In this document: positions 26,162-38,501 of the stretch, piece by piece
How the letters are laid out: each line of letters opens with the position of its first letter
How positions within the stretch are numbered: the first letter of the stretch is position 1
Assembly (NCBI GenBank): GCA_951406725.2
Contig: OX597822.1
Location: 66,278,001 to 66,342,000 of the forward strand
Origin: Octopus vulgaris
Taxonomy: Eukaryota
Direction of reading: 5' to 3'
DNA: 64,000 bases
Program-made: the position numbers and the translations under genes
The notes under the pieces: generated by a model
Seen by the model: the letters and a program-made list of their open reading frames with translations, nothing else
Told to the model about the DNA's origin: nothing
Database searches by the model: none

Positions 26162-28165
26162 GAAAACACTAGACATTAGCAAAGTAGCACCAACAATTAT
26201 AAAATACATAGGACACTATGAATAAATGGCAAACAGTGCTACAGCTCCAAACAAAAGAGGGACTCGTGAAAACCAAAGCCATCATCATTAGAAGAGGAAT
26301 ATTCCAGGGAGACACGCTCTCTCTACTCCTTTTCTGCTTGACTCTGTCACCTCTATCTGATATGCTAAACAGAACTGGATGCGGATATAAATGTCACGGC
26401 AAAACGATCAGCCACCTTTTATATATGGATGACCTAAAAGTATACGCTACAAATGACAAACAGCTGGAAACACTACTACAGACAGTTCATGGATTCACAA
26501 ATAAATAGACATGAAATTTGGATTAGAAAAATGCGCCAGAGTAACCCTGAAAAGAGGAAAACTAGTTAAGAGTCGCAACGTCACACTAGATAAAGCCAAT
26601 GAAATAAGGGAATTAGTCCAAAGCCAAATTTACAAATATTTAGGAATCCATGAACTAGATAAGACACGACACACACACCTGAAAGAGAAAATAAAGAAAC
26701 AATACTATAGACGAGTTAGATCAATACTAAAAACAGAGCTCAATGTGAAAAACAAGATAATAGGTATTAACACTTTAGCTGTCCCAGTTATAAGTTACAG
26801 CTACAATATCCTTAACTGGACGCTAAATGGACTAACCAAAATAGATAGGAAAACAAGAAAAATAATGACAGGATCTAGGATGCATCACCCAAAATCTGAC
26901 ATAGAAAGGCTATATATACAACGTATAGAAGATGGTAGAGGCTTTATAAAACTGGAAAACTACTATGAAATAACCACCATAGGACTGCAAAACTACCTTC
27001 TTCAGAAGCAAGGAAAACTGATACAAATAGCGGCAAAACAAAAAAATTGTTCTCAGTATTTAAGGAAGCTGACAAATACAAACAAGAAATCATACCACCT
27101 AACAAATATGAAGAAGAAGAAGAAGAAGAAGAAGAAGAAGAAGAAGAAAAATAAGAAGAAGAAGAAGGAGAAGAAGAAGAAGAAGAAGAAGAAGAAGAAG
27201 AAGAAGAAGAAGAAGAAGAAGAAGAAGAAGAAGAAGACACAACAAAAGCTATAAAGCAAATGCAATCAAAACTAAAACTAGAAAAGCAAAGGACCTTGAT
27301 AAAACGATGGCAAGAAAAGCCCCTTCATGGCAAGTACTGGACTAAGCTAAATGCAAAAGAAATAGACAAAGAAAAATCTCAGCAGTTGTTGAGAAGCTCA
27401 GGACTCAAAGCAGAGACAGAGGGATTTTTAATTGCAGCACAAGACCAAAGCCTCCCCACCAGAAATTACCAAAAAAATGTAATGAAAAGAAATATAACAA
27501 GTAACTGCAGAATATGTGGAGATGGACAAGAAACAATAAATCATATTATCTCTGGCTGCCCAGTCCTGGCTGAGAAGGAATATATTCACAGACACGACAG
27601 AGTTGGAACCTACATACACTGGAAGCTATGCCAACATTACGGAATAACAACAGAAAAAAGATGGTATAGACACACACTAAAAAGGGTAAAAGAAAACGAG
27701 AAAGCAACCATACTCTGGGATATGCCAATACACACAGATAGAGAAATTAAGACCAACAGACCAGATATAGTTGTCAAAGATCATGGGGAAAAAATGCTAA
27801 TTGATGTATCAATACCAGCAGATGACAACGTGACTCTAAAAGAAATGGAGAAACTTTCAAAATACAAAAACCTGGAAATAGAGGTAACTAGAATGTGGAA
27901 TCTAAAACAGAAACAATTCCTATCATAGTAAGTGTATTAGGCCAGATAAAAATATATTCAGACAAATACATAACAAAAACACCAGGACTTACAAACACAT
28001 ATAACATACAGAAAATTGCACTACTAGGCACTGCGCACATCCTACACAGAACACTTTCAATACAGTAACCATAAGAGCATCACAACAAATCACAACACAA
28101 GCTCAAGGCACAGAGAGCTGTGCTCGGTTTGAAGTGAAAGCACGTTATAAAAATAAAACTACTGA
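26162..28165 (+). mobile_element. 5'-truncated R4/Dong-like non-LTR retrotransposon (RT + CCHC + restriction-like endonuclease), pseudogenised
   Basis: RRGIFQGDTLS, LLYMDDLK, MKFGLEKC, YKYLGI, CRICGDGQETINHIISGC, RHD, RPDIVV..LIDVSIP..EKLSKY; 3' UTR ends AATAAAACTACTG then (AAT)n; stops, frameshifts and an internal (AAG)n expansion at 27110-27237. Confidence 0.92.
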
Positions 28166-28244
28166 ATGATAACAATAATAATAATAATAATAACATCGAA
28201 AAATACCTTAGGAATGAGAACCCAGGTTCAAAATTTCTCCCCAG

Positions 28245-28288
28245 ACACCTGAAGTAGGCTGGATGGTATATCTGCCGAAACGTTGTTT
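28245..28288 (+). ncRNA. minimal type-I hammerhead motif (mutated copy)
   Basis: ACAC CUGAAGU A GGCUG-gaugguauau-CUGCC GAAA C GUU GUUU; its mutations are at different positions from those in 25702-25745. Confidence 0.65.
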
Positions 28289-29533
28289 TAACAACAAACA
28301 AGATGAGGACAAATATCCGTCGAATGTAAATAATGTAAATAATGTACATAATTCCTCATCTCTTAAGTATAGAACAGTAGTAGAATTTTTGTTGATAAGA
28401 TTCAATCAAAATAGCCCGCGATCTCTGGCAACCGACATATGTATTTTCATTGAAAACGGGAAAATATACTTAATTCAGTTCGTGTGTATAATAAATAATC
28501 TTGCTTATTGACAATGCAATGATATGTAAGAATAAATCAGTCTAATGGCTCAAAGACAGATTTGGAGTGTGTTTTGGCGTAATGGGGAGAAATTTGCATC
28601 TGTACTGGTTGACCTCTTGTTTATGTCTGTAACTATTGCAATATTTCGTGAGACTTGCTTTGAAAAATGTCAAATACTTCAGACACATTTGCATCATATG
28701 TAAAGTTATCCAAGTGATATACTTAGAGTTTAAACAACAATGTGGTTAGATAATTTTGTTTTTGTTGACGTGGGTGGCTTTGAATTGTCCAACTGAAAGA
28801 GTTCACGGGGCAAGAATGGGCGCGAAGAAGAGATTTCCACTATGGAAGGAAACCTCATCAATATATTCCTACTGAAATCCGAAAACGCTTTATTCATATA
28901 ACGTTATTCAAATCAAACACAATATTTAAAACTTAAACGAAGTAAGTAGCTCTTTCAAATATCGTAGCCGAAATTTTCAGAAATTTAAAAAAAAAGTGAA
29001 AGAGATTTCATTGTCGAGTTTAAGATAACATAAATGAAAGATGACCTATTTATCAGTATATTTAAGCAAGTTGACAAAATTACCAGGAAAGTATGTACGG
29101 ATGTTTATGAAAAAAAATTCACAATGTCAAATCTGAAATTATGAACTTTTAGTAATCTAGGATATAAAACAGACATTAAAGTACATTTTGCACCACAGTC
29201 ATTTAATATAACGCGCAGCCATTTAAAAATTGTTTGTGAAGAAAACGCAAGAGGTTTCCACCTAGATTTAAACATACAGAGGAAAAAAAATCCGGTGATG
29301 GTCGACTACAAATGATATAGCAGATTATGCTTGCTGCCTATCAAAATCACACAACAAATCAAATTATATCGGGCATTTCAGAACATGATAGTGGTTTCGT
29401 TTAATAATGCACTATCCAGACTAACCTAGTTTTCCGCTTATTCTATATCTAAAGTTGTTTAAGTGTCCTAATTCTGTTTGCAATATAGTGCACTTCTTCT
29501 CGCAACATATTGCTATTTTACGAGTATTTTACA

Positions 29534-29949
29534 GGCGCGGGAGTGGCTGTGTCGTAAGTAGCTTGCTTACCAACCACATGGTTCCGAGTTCAGTCCCACT
29601 GCGTCGCACCTTGGGCAAGTGTCTTCAACTATAGCCTCGGGCCGACCATAGCCTTGTGAGTAGATTTGGTAAACGGAAACTGAAAGAAGCCCGTCGTATA
29701 TATGTATATATATATATATATGTGTGTGCGTGTATGTTTCTGTGTCTGTGTTTGTCCCCCAAGCATTGCTTGACAATCGATGCTGGTGTGTTTATGTCCC
29801 CGTCACTTAGCGGTTCGGCAAAAGAGACCGATAGAATAAGTACTAGGCTTACAAAGAATAAGTCCCGGGGTCGAGTTGCTCGACTAAAGATGGTGCTCCA
29901 GCATGGCTGCAGTCAAATTTCGGAAACAAGAAAAAGAGTAAATAGAGTA
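29534..29949 (+). mobile_element. family 1 SINE
   Basis: Full-length match to other copies. Confidence 0.9.
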
Positions 29950-30266
29950 TGTACATTAGGTATTATTCCATGCAATAACCATGTCAGTTTTAATATGCAT
30001 GCCTGATATGGACAATAATGCTAAAACTTAAAAAGAACCTTTATGAGAAACATCTTGATTTCATACAGAAAATCTAAGTAGTTTTGAAACTGTAAGTAAA
30101 CAATAGATTAGATGGTTACCGTTCATTACAAAGAAACAAAGAACTGGTGAGAAAATGTCTCCCAATATCTTCTTTTATCCTGGAGGCAGCAGCCCAGAGT
30201 AATGTGCAAAATAAAATATGAAGATAATCAAATGATCCTAGACGAAAATCTGGAAGGGGAAATAGG

Positions 30267-30307
<41 letters not shown>

Positions 30308-30769
30308 GTGGGGGATAAAATAGTCAGAGAAAAGATGGAATGTGAGTGTCGGTGTGATAGAGCAAAAGGTAAGTAGAAACGGGATTGTAACACAGAAAAT
30401 ATGATTTTGAGGAAAACAAAAACGCAAACATTCAGATAAGACGAAAGAAAAGTTATTAGATAAAGACCTTAGTCTATGGAGTGAACGAGGCTATGAGAGC
30501 GCCTGTATGCGTATGTTTGGCTATGCGGTCGGATATGTGATTTGCTTTCTGAAAATACGGTGCCTATCTTCTTCCATGCACACTCCGCTGACCTTGTTTT
30601 TAATTTCATTATACATGTGTGAGCGTGTACGTCTGTGTGCTTGTGCGTGTGTGTGCGTGTATGTACATATGTGTGTATGTAAGTCTGAGTAAGTATATAT
30701 AAAGATATATATATATGTGTGTGTGTGTGTGTGTAGGTGGATATATACACATAATCGCGTATATACATA

Positions 30770-30852
<83 letters not shown>

Positions 30853-31684
30853 AAATGCATGCAAAGACACAAATATACATACATATGATAAAAATACTAT
30901 AAAAGCAACCTATACGTCTTTCATATAGCCCCACAAACATAACGCAAACTGCCACACCAATCTCAGTGTTGTGTGACGACAGACCCAAGAGGCAGTGCTA
31001 TCGCGTGACATCCGTGATTCTAATCACCACATCATTTCTTACCCCTGCAAAATAGTTTGTTTTGTTTTTTTCGTTTTTCTTTCTTTGCTTTCTATTTTTG
31101 CAACCTTCCCACACCTTCAAAACCATTATTAACTGAATCTGCATCAGCGCCGGCAACGACCATAAACGCACACGTCCATCACAAGGCGTATATACATTTT
31201 ATGTCAAATCTGGCTCTTTTCTTGTCTTATCATTACGCCTGGCCACCACAGTCTCACACATGGCCATACTTAGTTATTTCCAACGACATCACCACCACAA
31301 AATTTCAACATCATCATTGTCAATTACAACATCACCATCGTCGCCGACAAGATCGTATTCAGTCTCTCGCTTCCACCTCTCCATCTACAGCTCACCCCTC
31401 TTCTCCCCTCCACCCCTTCACCTCCTCCTCAGTAAAAGTAGCAGCAGTGGCTGCGTAATCATTATCGCGATGAACGACAATATCAACAAGACCTTCTTAT
31501 CATCAACTCTACTAACACCAATGCTGCTAAAACCAATACTAAAAGAATTACAAAACACTAACAATCGCTCTATAGAAGCTGCAACTGTAGCAAAAACAAC
31601 GCATTCACATCAACATGCAGTGTATAGAAGAGGTATATGTATAGAGCAAAAAACAAATGCGAGGGAAATAAGAAAATAAACATA

Positions 31685-32097
31685 GGCGTAGGAGTGGCTG
31701 TGTGGTAAGTAGCTTACTTACGAACTACATGGTTCTGGGTTCAGTCTCACTGCGTGGCATCTTCGGCAAGTGTCCTCTACTGTAGCCTCGGGTCGACCAA
31801 AGCCTTGTGAATGGATTTGGCAGACGGAAACTGAAAGAAGCCCGTAGTATATATGTATATATATATATGTATATATATATATGTGTGTGTTTGTGTGTGT
31901 GTTTGTGTCCCCCCTCCAAAAAAAAATGATGCTGGTGTGTTTATGTCTCCGTAACGTAGCAGTTCGGTAAAAGAGTCCTATAGAAGAAGTACTAGGCTTA
32001 CAAAGAATAAGTCCTGAGGTCGATGTGCTCGACTAAAGGCGGTGCTCCAGCATGGCCTCAGTCAAATGACTGAAACAAGTAAAAGAGTAAAAGAGTA
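31685..32097 (+). mobile_element. family 1 SINE
   Basis: Full-length match to other copies. Confidence 0.9.
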
Positions 32098-32255
32098 TCC
32101 TTTATGAAGTAGCTCGAACGCAAATATAACTGTAGAGAGTACCTTATAATAAAAACAGGTTTAAAAGAAATACGCTGTTTGCTGGCACATTTCGAATCTT
32201 TCCGATATTATCCGCTGTCTACTGGGCCTTTTTTGTTTACCTAATATATATATTT

Positions 32256-32486
32256 TTTTTTTTTTTTTGTACTTGTTTCAGTCATTTGACTGCGGCCATG
32301 CTGGAGCACCGCCTTTAGAGTGGTGAAAGAGTACAGCAGGGATCACCACCTCCTGCCGGAGCCACGTGGAGCTTTTAGGTGTTTTTTTCGCTCAATAAAC
32401 ACACACAACGCCCGGTCTGGGAATCGAAACCGCGATCCTCCGACCGCAAGTCCGCTGCCCTAACCACTAGGCCATTGCGCCTCCAC
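32256..32486 (-). mobile_element. chimeric SINE: family 3 head/body joined to family 1 tail
   Basis: 32319-32486 matches about 2817-2959; 32268-32318 matches the family 1 3' end; poly-A-like tail. Confidence 0.8.
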
Positions 32487-33394
32487 ATGATATAATAATA
32501 TATGATGTAATAATATTTATAATCATATTTGCATTTGTGCTATTTTACAAAAGAGAATATAACATGATTTAAACTGTAAACTATAACGAAACTACATATG
32601 GCAAGCGGGGTGGCTAAGAATCCCTTTCTGTTATCATCCCTATTCCTTTGACACTTAGTTCAAAACCGAAATCCTGTCCAAGTATACTATACTCCGAAGA
32701 CCATAAATTAGGTAAGCATAATCCCATGAGGAGGCTGCATTCGTAAATATGAGGCAGTTTTCAGAAATAAATTCCAACAAACAACGTATTGCCAAAAAGA
32801 AGGTAGACAACAATAGAAGGTGAAAGCTGGATTTTAATTCTAACAATGTCAACAAATCCTGGGTACGAATGAATTGCATATGATTTATATATGCGATGCT
32901 TCGGTAGTTTCGTTATATTCATACATGCACGCCTACACGAGTGGCTTATTCCCGATGTATTCTAGTGTAGGTGCGTGTGCCCGTGTGAGTGTTTGAGTGC
33001 GTGGTAAAATATCTAAAGTATCTTCAAATATTATCTGTTATATTGTAATTTTTTCCAGTTGTTCGGCTCCAGCCTCCCTGGGGCACCGTCTTTTAGAGGA
33101 ACGATCGGTCGCGACTACTTATTTCTTGAAACCTAATACTTTCTCTTTCGATATCTTTCACCGAACCGCTACGCTGCATGAAGGTAAACAAACCAGCACC
33201 AGTTGTCAAGTGATGGTGTGAGATTGACGTAAGCACAAATTATTAATAATATACTACTAGTTGTCCACAGTTTTCAATATTGAAATAAGTATTTTAAATA
33301 AATAAACAAATAGTAATTTAAAACATATTTTTAAAAAAGAACGTAAACGAAAATTAAACGAGCAATGGTCGCCGAAATGAAACGCTATAAAAAC

Positions 33395-34091
33395 CCTTCT
33401 ACTCTATGTACAAGGCCTGAAATTGTTGGTGATATCGACACCATTACTTAACTGGTACTTAATTTATGGACCCCGGGATTTGAATTCAGAACGTACCGGC
33501 AGACGAAATACCTACCTCTTTACTGCCCACAAGAGGCTACACACAGAGGGGACAAACAAGGAGAGACAAACGGGTTAAGTCGATTATATCGACCCCAGTG
33601 CGTAACTGGCACTTATTTATTCGAACTCGAAAGGATGAAAGGCAAAGTCGACCTCGGCGGAATTTGAACTCAAAACGTAGCGGCAGACGAAATACCTATT
33701 TCATTACTACCCAAAAGGGGCTAAACACAGAGAGGACAAACAAAGACAGACAAACGGATTCAGTCGATTATATCGACCCCAGTGTGTAACTGGTACTTAT
33801 TTAATCGACCTCGAAAGGAAGAAAAGCAAAGTTGACCTCGGCGGAATTTGAACTCAGAATGTAACGACAGACGAAATACCTATTTATTTACTACCCACAA
33901 GGGGCTAAACACAGAGAGGACACACAAAAGGATTAAGTCAGTTATATCGACCCCAGTGCGTAACTGGTACTTATTTAATCGACCCCGAAAGGATGAAAGG
34001 CAAAGTCGACCTCGGTGAAATTTGAACCCAGAATGGAATACGGTTACGCATTTCGCCCGGCGTGCTAACGATTCTGCCAGCTAGCCACCTT
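33395..34091 (-). mobile_element. tRNA-related SINE, family 4, with internal 184-bp tandem units (about 3)
   Basis: Head AAGGTGGCTAGCTGGCAGAATCGTTAGC; unit start AGACGAAATACCTA recurs at 33501, 33685 and 33869; candidate TSD core GCTATAAAAAC at 33384-33394 and 34100-34110. Confidence 0.85.
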
Positions 34092-34509
34092 AGAAAAATG
34101 CTATAAAAACTAAAGCAGCTATAATTGCAACTACTTCATGCAACACAGAACGGCAAGCGTCCAAGAATTATCGGATTTTGAAAGACTCAGTATAAGCGTG
34201 TGTAGCTAAACCGAATCAAGAAATTTGACTACCAATAAATAATATGGAATTAAATTCATTGGCAAAGAAGGGTCCTGGAATCGTTATGTATTCCTTTTAC
34301 GTATTCTGCAACATTTATAATTTCTTTACTGGTCTTGTGAGAATTTCCTTCATATGACCACATGTACTTTTTTTTCTTTCTTTTTTTTTCTAGAATAAAT
34401 AATGTTCCTGAAAAAGAAAGGAAAACACAAAAAGCTTGAGAAATTTTTTACTTGGCGCCGGTATTCATTTCTGATATGATTATTACCGAACTTGCACTCC
34501 CCTGCTTAC

Positions 34510-34890
34510 ATAGCGGCGCTTGACATTCTGAATTTAGATCCTGCCGAGGTAAACTTTGCTTTTTATCCCCTTGAGAACGATAAAATGAGACACCAGTCCG
34601 ATACTGAAAGCAATGTAACCGACAAGGTGCTTTCCAATAAAGTTTCTGAGTACAGAGCAAAATTTTAAGCAATTATTATTATTATTATTATAAAAGGCAG
34701 CGAGCAGGTTGTGGTTTGCATGCTGGATGAAATGTTTAGCGGTATTTCGCTCGTCGCTACGTTCTGAATTGAAATTCTACCGAGATCGACTTTACCCTTC
34801 ATCTTTCGCGGTCGATAAATTAAGCACCAGTTGAGTACTGAGGTCGATATAATTTCAGACCCTATGCTTTTAGTAAAAAGGATTATTATC
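34510..34890. mobile_element. two decayed family 4 SINE pieces (minus about 34510-34670, plus about 34694-34890)
   Basis: Similarity to 33395-34091 (GATCGACTTTACCCTTCATC...GGTCGATAAATTAAGCACCAGTTG). Confidence 0.65.
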
Positions 34891-34908
34891 ATTAGTATTA
34901 TTATTATT

Positions 34909-35390
34909 GAGTGAGAGAGCAGTGCATGCCATCAAAGTGACACTGGGGTAAAATATACGAAGCCCAGCATACCCATCATGACTACCCGCCCGATAAGGGT
35001 ACACCAGGCACATGCATCACAATCATATGGGCGCGACATGGTGATCTCATATCAAGATAAACAGCACATGACCTTGCAGGTGGGGCCCAGTTAGAATTTT
35101 CTTCAGGTCGAGTAGCCCATCCTGCTCAAAAGGTCCCTGAATAAGGGTTGCTTTAGGATGATGAACGAAACACCCATGTTTCCAAAGGTGAATTATTCAA
35201 ACCCCAAAGAATTCCTCTCAACACATGGCTATGATGCTCCCCCACTACTTCTGCTCATGATCAGAGATGCACGAATTGTCAGCCACTAAGGGACATGCTC
35301 AACTGGTTAAGGTCAAACAACTGACAAGCAAATCTGTGGTATTGAGCAGAATAGTTGCTGTAGCCCATCTTTTATACCATATTATTATTA

Positions 35391-35434
<44 letters not shown>

Positions 35435-35906
35435 GAGTGAGAGAGCAGTGCATGCCATCAAAGTGACACTGGGGTAAAATATACGAAGCCCAGCATACCC
35501 ATCATGACTACCCGCCTGATAAGGGTACACCAGGCACATGCATCACAATCATATGGGCGCGACATGGTGATCTCATATCAAGATAAACAGCACATGACCT
35601 TGCAGGTGGGGCCCAGTTAGAATTTTCTTCAGGTCGAGTAGCCCATCCTGCTCAAAAGGTCCCTGAATAAGGGTTGCTTTAGGATGATGAACGAAACACC
35701 CATGTTTCCAAAGGTGAATTATTCAAACCCCAAAGAATTCCTCTCAACACATGGCTATGATGCTCCCCCACTACTTCTGCTCGTGATCAGAGATGCACGA
35801 ATTGTCAGCCACTAAGGGACATGCTCAACTGGTTAAGGTCAAACAACTGACAAGCAAATCTGTGGTATTGAGCAGAATATTTGCTGTAGCCCATCTTTTA
35901 TACCAT
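34909..35906 (-). mobile_element. tandem pair of a 472-bp non-coding element embedded in (ATT)n
   Basis: 34909-35380 and 35435-35906 differ at 3 positions that I could see; both bounded by (ATT)n; diverged partial copy at about 42935-43090. Confidence 0.85.
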
Positions 35907-35971
35907 ATTATTATTATTATTATTAGTAGTAGTATTATTATTATTATTATTATTATTACTATTACTATTAC

Positions 35972-36006
<35 letters not shown>

Positions 36007-36791
36007 GAAAATGAAGAATACCAAAGGGAATTCTGTCAAATTTTTTTCTTGTTTCTTTCTTTCTCGAAATCTTTTTACTCTTTCTCGGTATATACAAACA
36101 CAGGGAGAGTGAAATAAAACGAAGAAATAGGAATGAAGAATTAAATGAGGGAAGGAGTGAAGGATGGAGAGGAAGTAGTCAACGTGAATGCAGAGTATAG
36201 TCGTTTATTGATGTCGATCAAGACTAACACACACGCGCGTGCACGTATATACACACAGGTATTCATCCACACACACACAATTATATGTACATATTTCTAT
36301 ATGTATGTATTCATACAAGGGCGTGTGCATGTTTGTGCACGTTTGTGTGTGTATATGTTAAAGCTGTTCATACACAAATTGTTTCGAAATTTTAAATATA
36401 TGTTTGTGAAAGTATAAAGTAAAGGATTTGTCGGAAACTTCATGTTGACTGGCAGTCGGATAATGCATTTGTGACAATTTGACAGAATTCATTTCCTTAA
36501 GATATACGCATATATTTGTGCAGACTATGTGTTTGTGTTTGAATGTTTCTCTGTGAGAATGGTTTTGTGAATACTGTTGAATAAGTCTTCTGATAGTTGC
36601 ACGTATTCTCTAATCAGTAAAAACTGCACTGGCCATTCAAATGGCATTGATAATGAAGCCATTTAATAACTGATATATATATATATATATACAAATGAAA
36701 CAAGGCAACTATGAGTGTGTCTATATTGGTACCATTTGCAATACATTTCTTGACATTGTTAAAAGTGTGACAAATTACTTTGCAATCGGCG

Positions 36792-36946
36792 GGCGCAGAC
36801 GGAGTAAGAAGTTTGCTTCCCAAAGATATTGTTCCGTGTTCAGTCCCACTGCGTGGTAACTCTGGTGTATGTCTTCGACAATAGCCTGAAGCATACCAAA
36901 GCCTCGTTAGTGGATCTCGTAGAACGGAAACGGAAAGAAACTCGTA
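36792..36946 (+). mobile_element. old family 1 SINE 5' half, ending at a mariner terminus
   Basis: Diverged GTTCAGTCCCACTGCGTGG...GGAAACGGAAAGAAACTCGT. Confidence 0.7.
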
Positions 36947-38490
36947 GTTGGCAAGAAAGTAATTTCGTGTTTTGCAAATATATAGAGTTACGATTTTTTT
37001 TAATGACTTTTGTCAATGTTATGATTTTCTCCATTTGACATTTGATAGTCGTTACTTCTAGCTTACTTTAGAAGCAAATTGCACGTAATTGTGTTTGTTC
37101 CTATTAGTCCAGTGTCAATTTGAACATGGAGAGCAAAAACATTTTCACCAAATTTTGCTTTTTTATTTCCTTAAAGGCAAGGAAGCTGCTGGGGCTCACA
37201 AAGATATATGTGAAGTTTATGGTATTGATTGCATAACAGAAGGCACACTTCAGAAATGGTTTTCAAAATTCCGCTCTGGATATTTTAAAATCAAAGCAGT
37301 CGAACGTTCTGCTCGATTTACTGAAGTTGATGATGTCCGAATTAAAGATATAATTGTATTTTATTGTCATATAACTGTGCAAAAATCTCGAATCTTAGGT
37401 TCTACATTTACTGAAAGAAATTCACTTAAAACATCGAATCAATATTTGCGATATGCATCTCAAGCACGATATAATCGACCTTATTTTTGAAACGAATCAT
37501 CACTGGTGATTAAAAATGAATTGTCTTCAATAACATCAGTCGAAAACAATTATGGTCCGAGCGTAATGTACCAGCACAAGCTACATCGAAAGCTGAATTG
37601 CATTAAGAAAAAAGGACATGCTGTCAATTTGGTGAAATTACAAAGGTGTTGTGGATTTTGAGCTGCTTTCAAGGAACCAAACGATCAATTCAGATGTTTA
37701 CTGTCAACAACTAATGATACTCGAGGATGCAATCAAAGAAAAACGTCCAGAACTGGCAAGTCATATAGGAATCGTGTTCCATCGTGACAACGCTAGACAA
37801 CACACGTCTTTGCCAACTCGAGAAAAATTATTGGAGCTTGGTTGGGAGGTTATATCACATCCACCATATAGCCCTGCCCTTGCACCATCAGATTACCTTT
37901 TATTTCGAAGTTTGCAAAATTCTTTGAATGGTAAAATTGTCAATAATGATGATGACCTGAAATCGCACTTGCTTCAGTTTTTGGCTGACAAGGACCAGAT
38001 GTTCTATAAGCGGGGAATCATGAAATTGCTGAAAGATAACAAAAGGTCAGCAAACAAAATGGAAAGTATGTAAATAGGCGCAGGAGTGGCTGTGTGGTAG
38101 GTAGCTTGTTTACCAACCACATGGTTCCGGGTTCAGACCCACTGCGTGGCACCTTGGGCAAGTGTCTTCTACTATAGCCTCGGGCCGACCAAAGCCTTGT
38201 GAGTGGATTTGGTAGACGGAAACTGAAAGAAGCCCGTCGTATATATGTATATATATATATGCGTGTGTGTGTGTCTGTGTCTGTCCCGCTAGCATTGCTT
38301 GACAACCGATGCTGGTGTGTTTTTGTCCCCGTAACTTAGCGGTTCGGCAAAAGAGTCCCGGGGTCGAGTTGCTCGATTAAAGGCGGTGCTCCAGCATGGC
38401 CGCAGTCAAATGACTGAAACAAGTAAAAGAGTAAAAGAGTAAAAGAGTAACTGATTAAAGTTTATTCTTTATATGGAAACAAAAAAATTA
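36947..38490 (+). mobile_element. mariner (DD34D) element with decayed transposase at about 37126-38458, interrupted by a SINE
   Basis: HFHQILLFYFLKGKEAAGAHKDICEVYG..KWFSKFRSG; ITGD; HRDNARQH...(34 aa)...HPPYSPALAPSDYLLF; terminal codons GKYV|TD* split by the SINE; mariner-like left end GTTGGCAAGAAAGTAATTTCG. Confidence 0.9.
38077..38450 (+). mobile_element. family 1 SINE inserted in the last codons of the mariner ORF
   Basis: Near-consensus copy with an internal deletion; (GTAAAAGA)n tail. Confidence 0.9.
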
Positions 38491-38501
38491 CTAGAGGTAG
38501 A

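Larger units (their letters stand above)
25650..28375. mobile_element. head-to-head inverted pair of a tRNA-headed, hammerhead-tailed SINE-like element, flanked by a 14-bp TSD
   Basis: TSD AGTAGTAGAATTTT at 25636-25649 and 28376-28389; minus arm 25650-25993 (complete head, 3'-truncated tail); plus arm 25995-28375 (5'-clipped head, complete tail, interrupted by an R4/Dong-like LINE). Confidence 0.85.

Noticed and set aside
33501-34030. CRISPR-like regular repeats
   Set aside because: Whole 184-bp units repeat with no unique spacers, inside a eukaryotic SINE.
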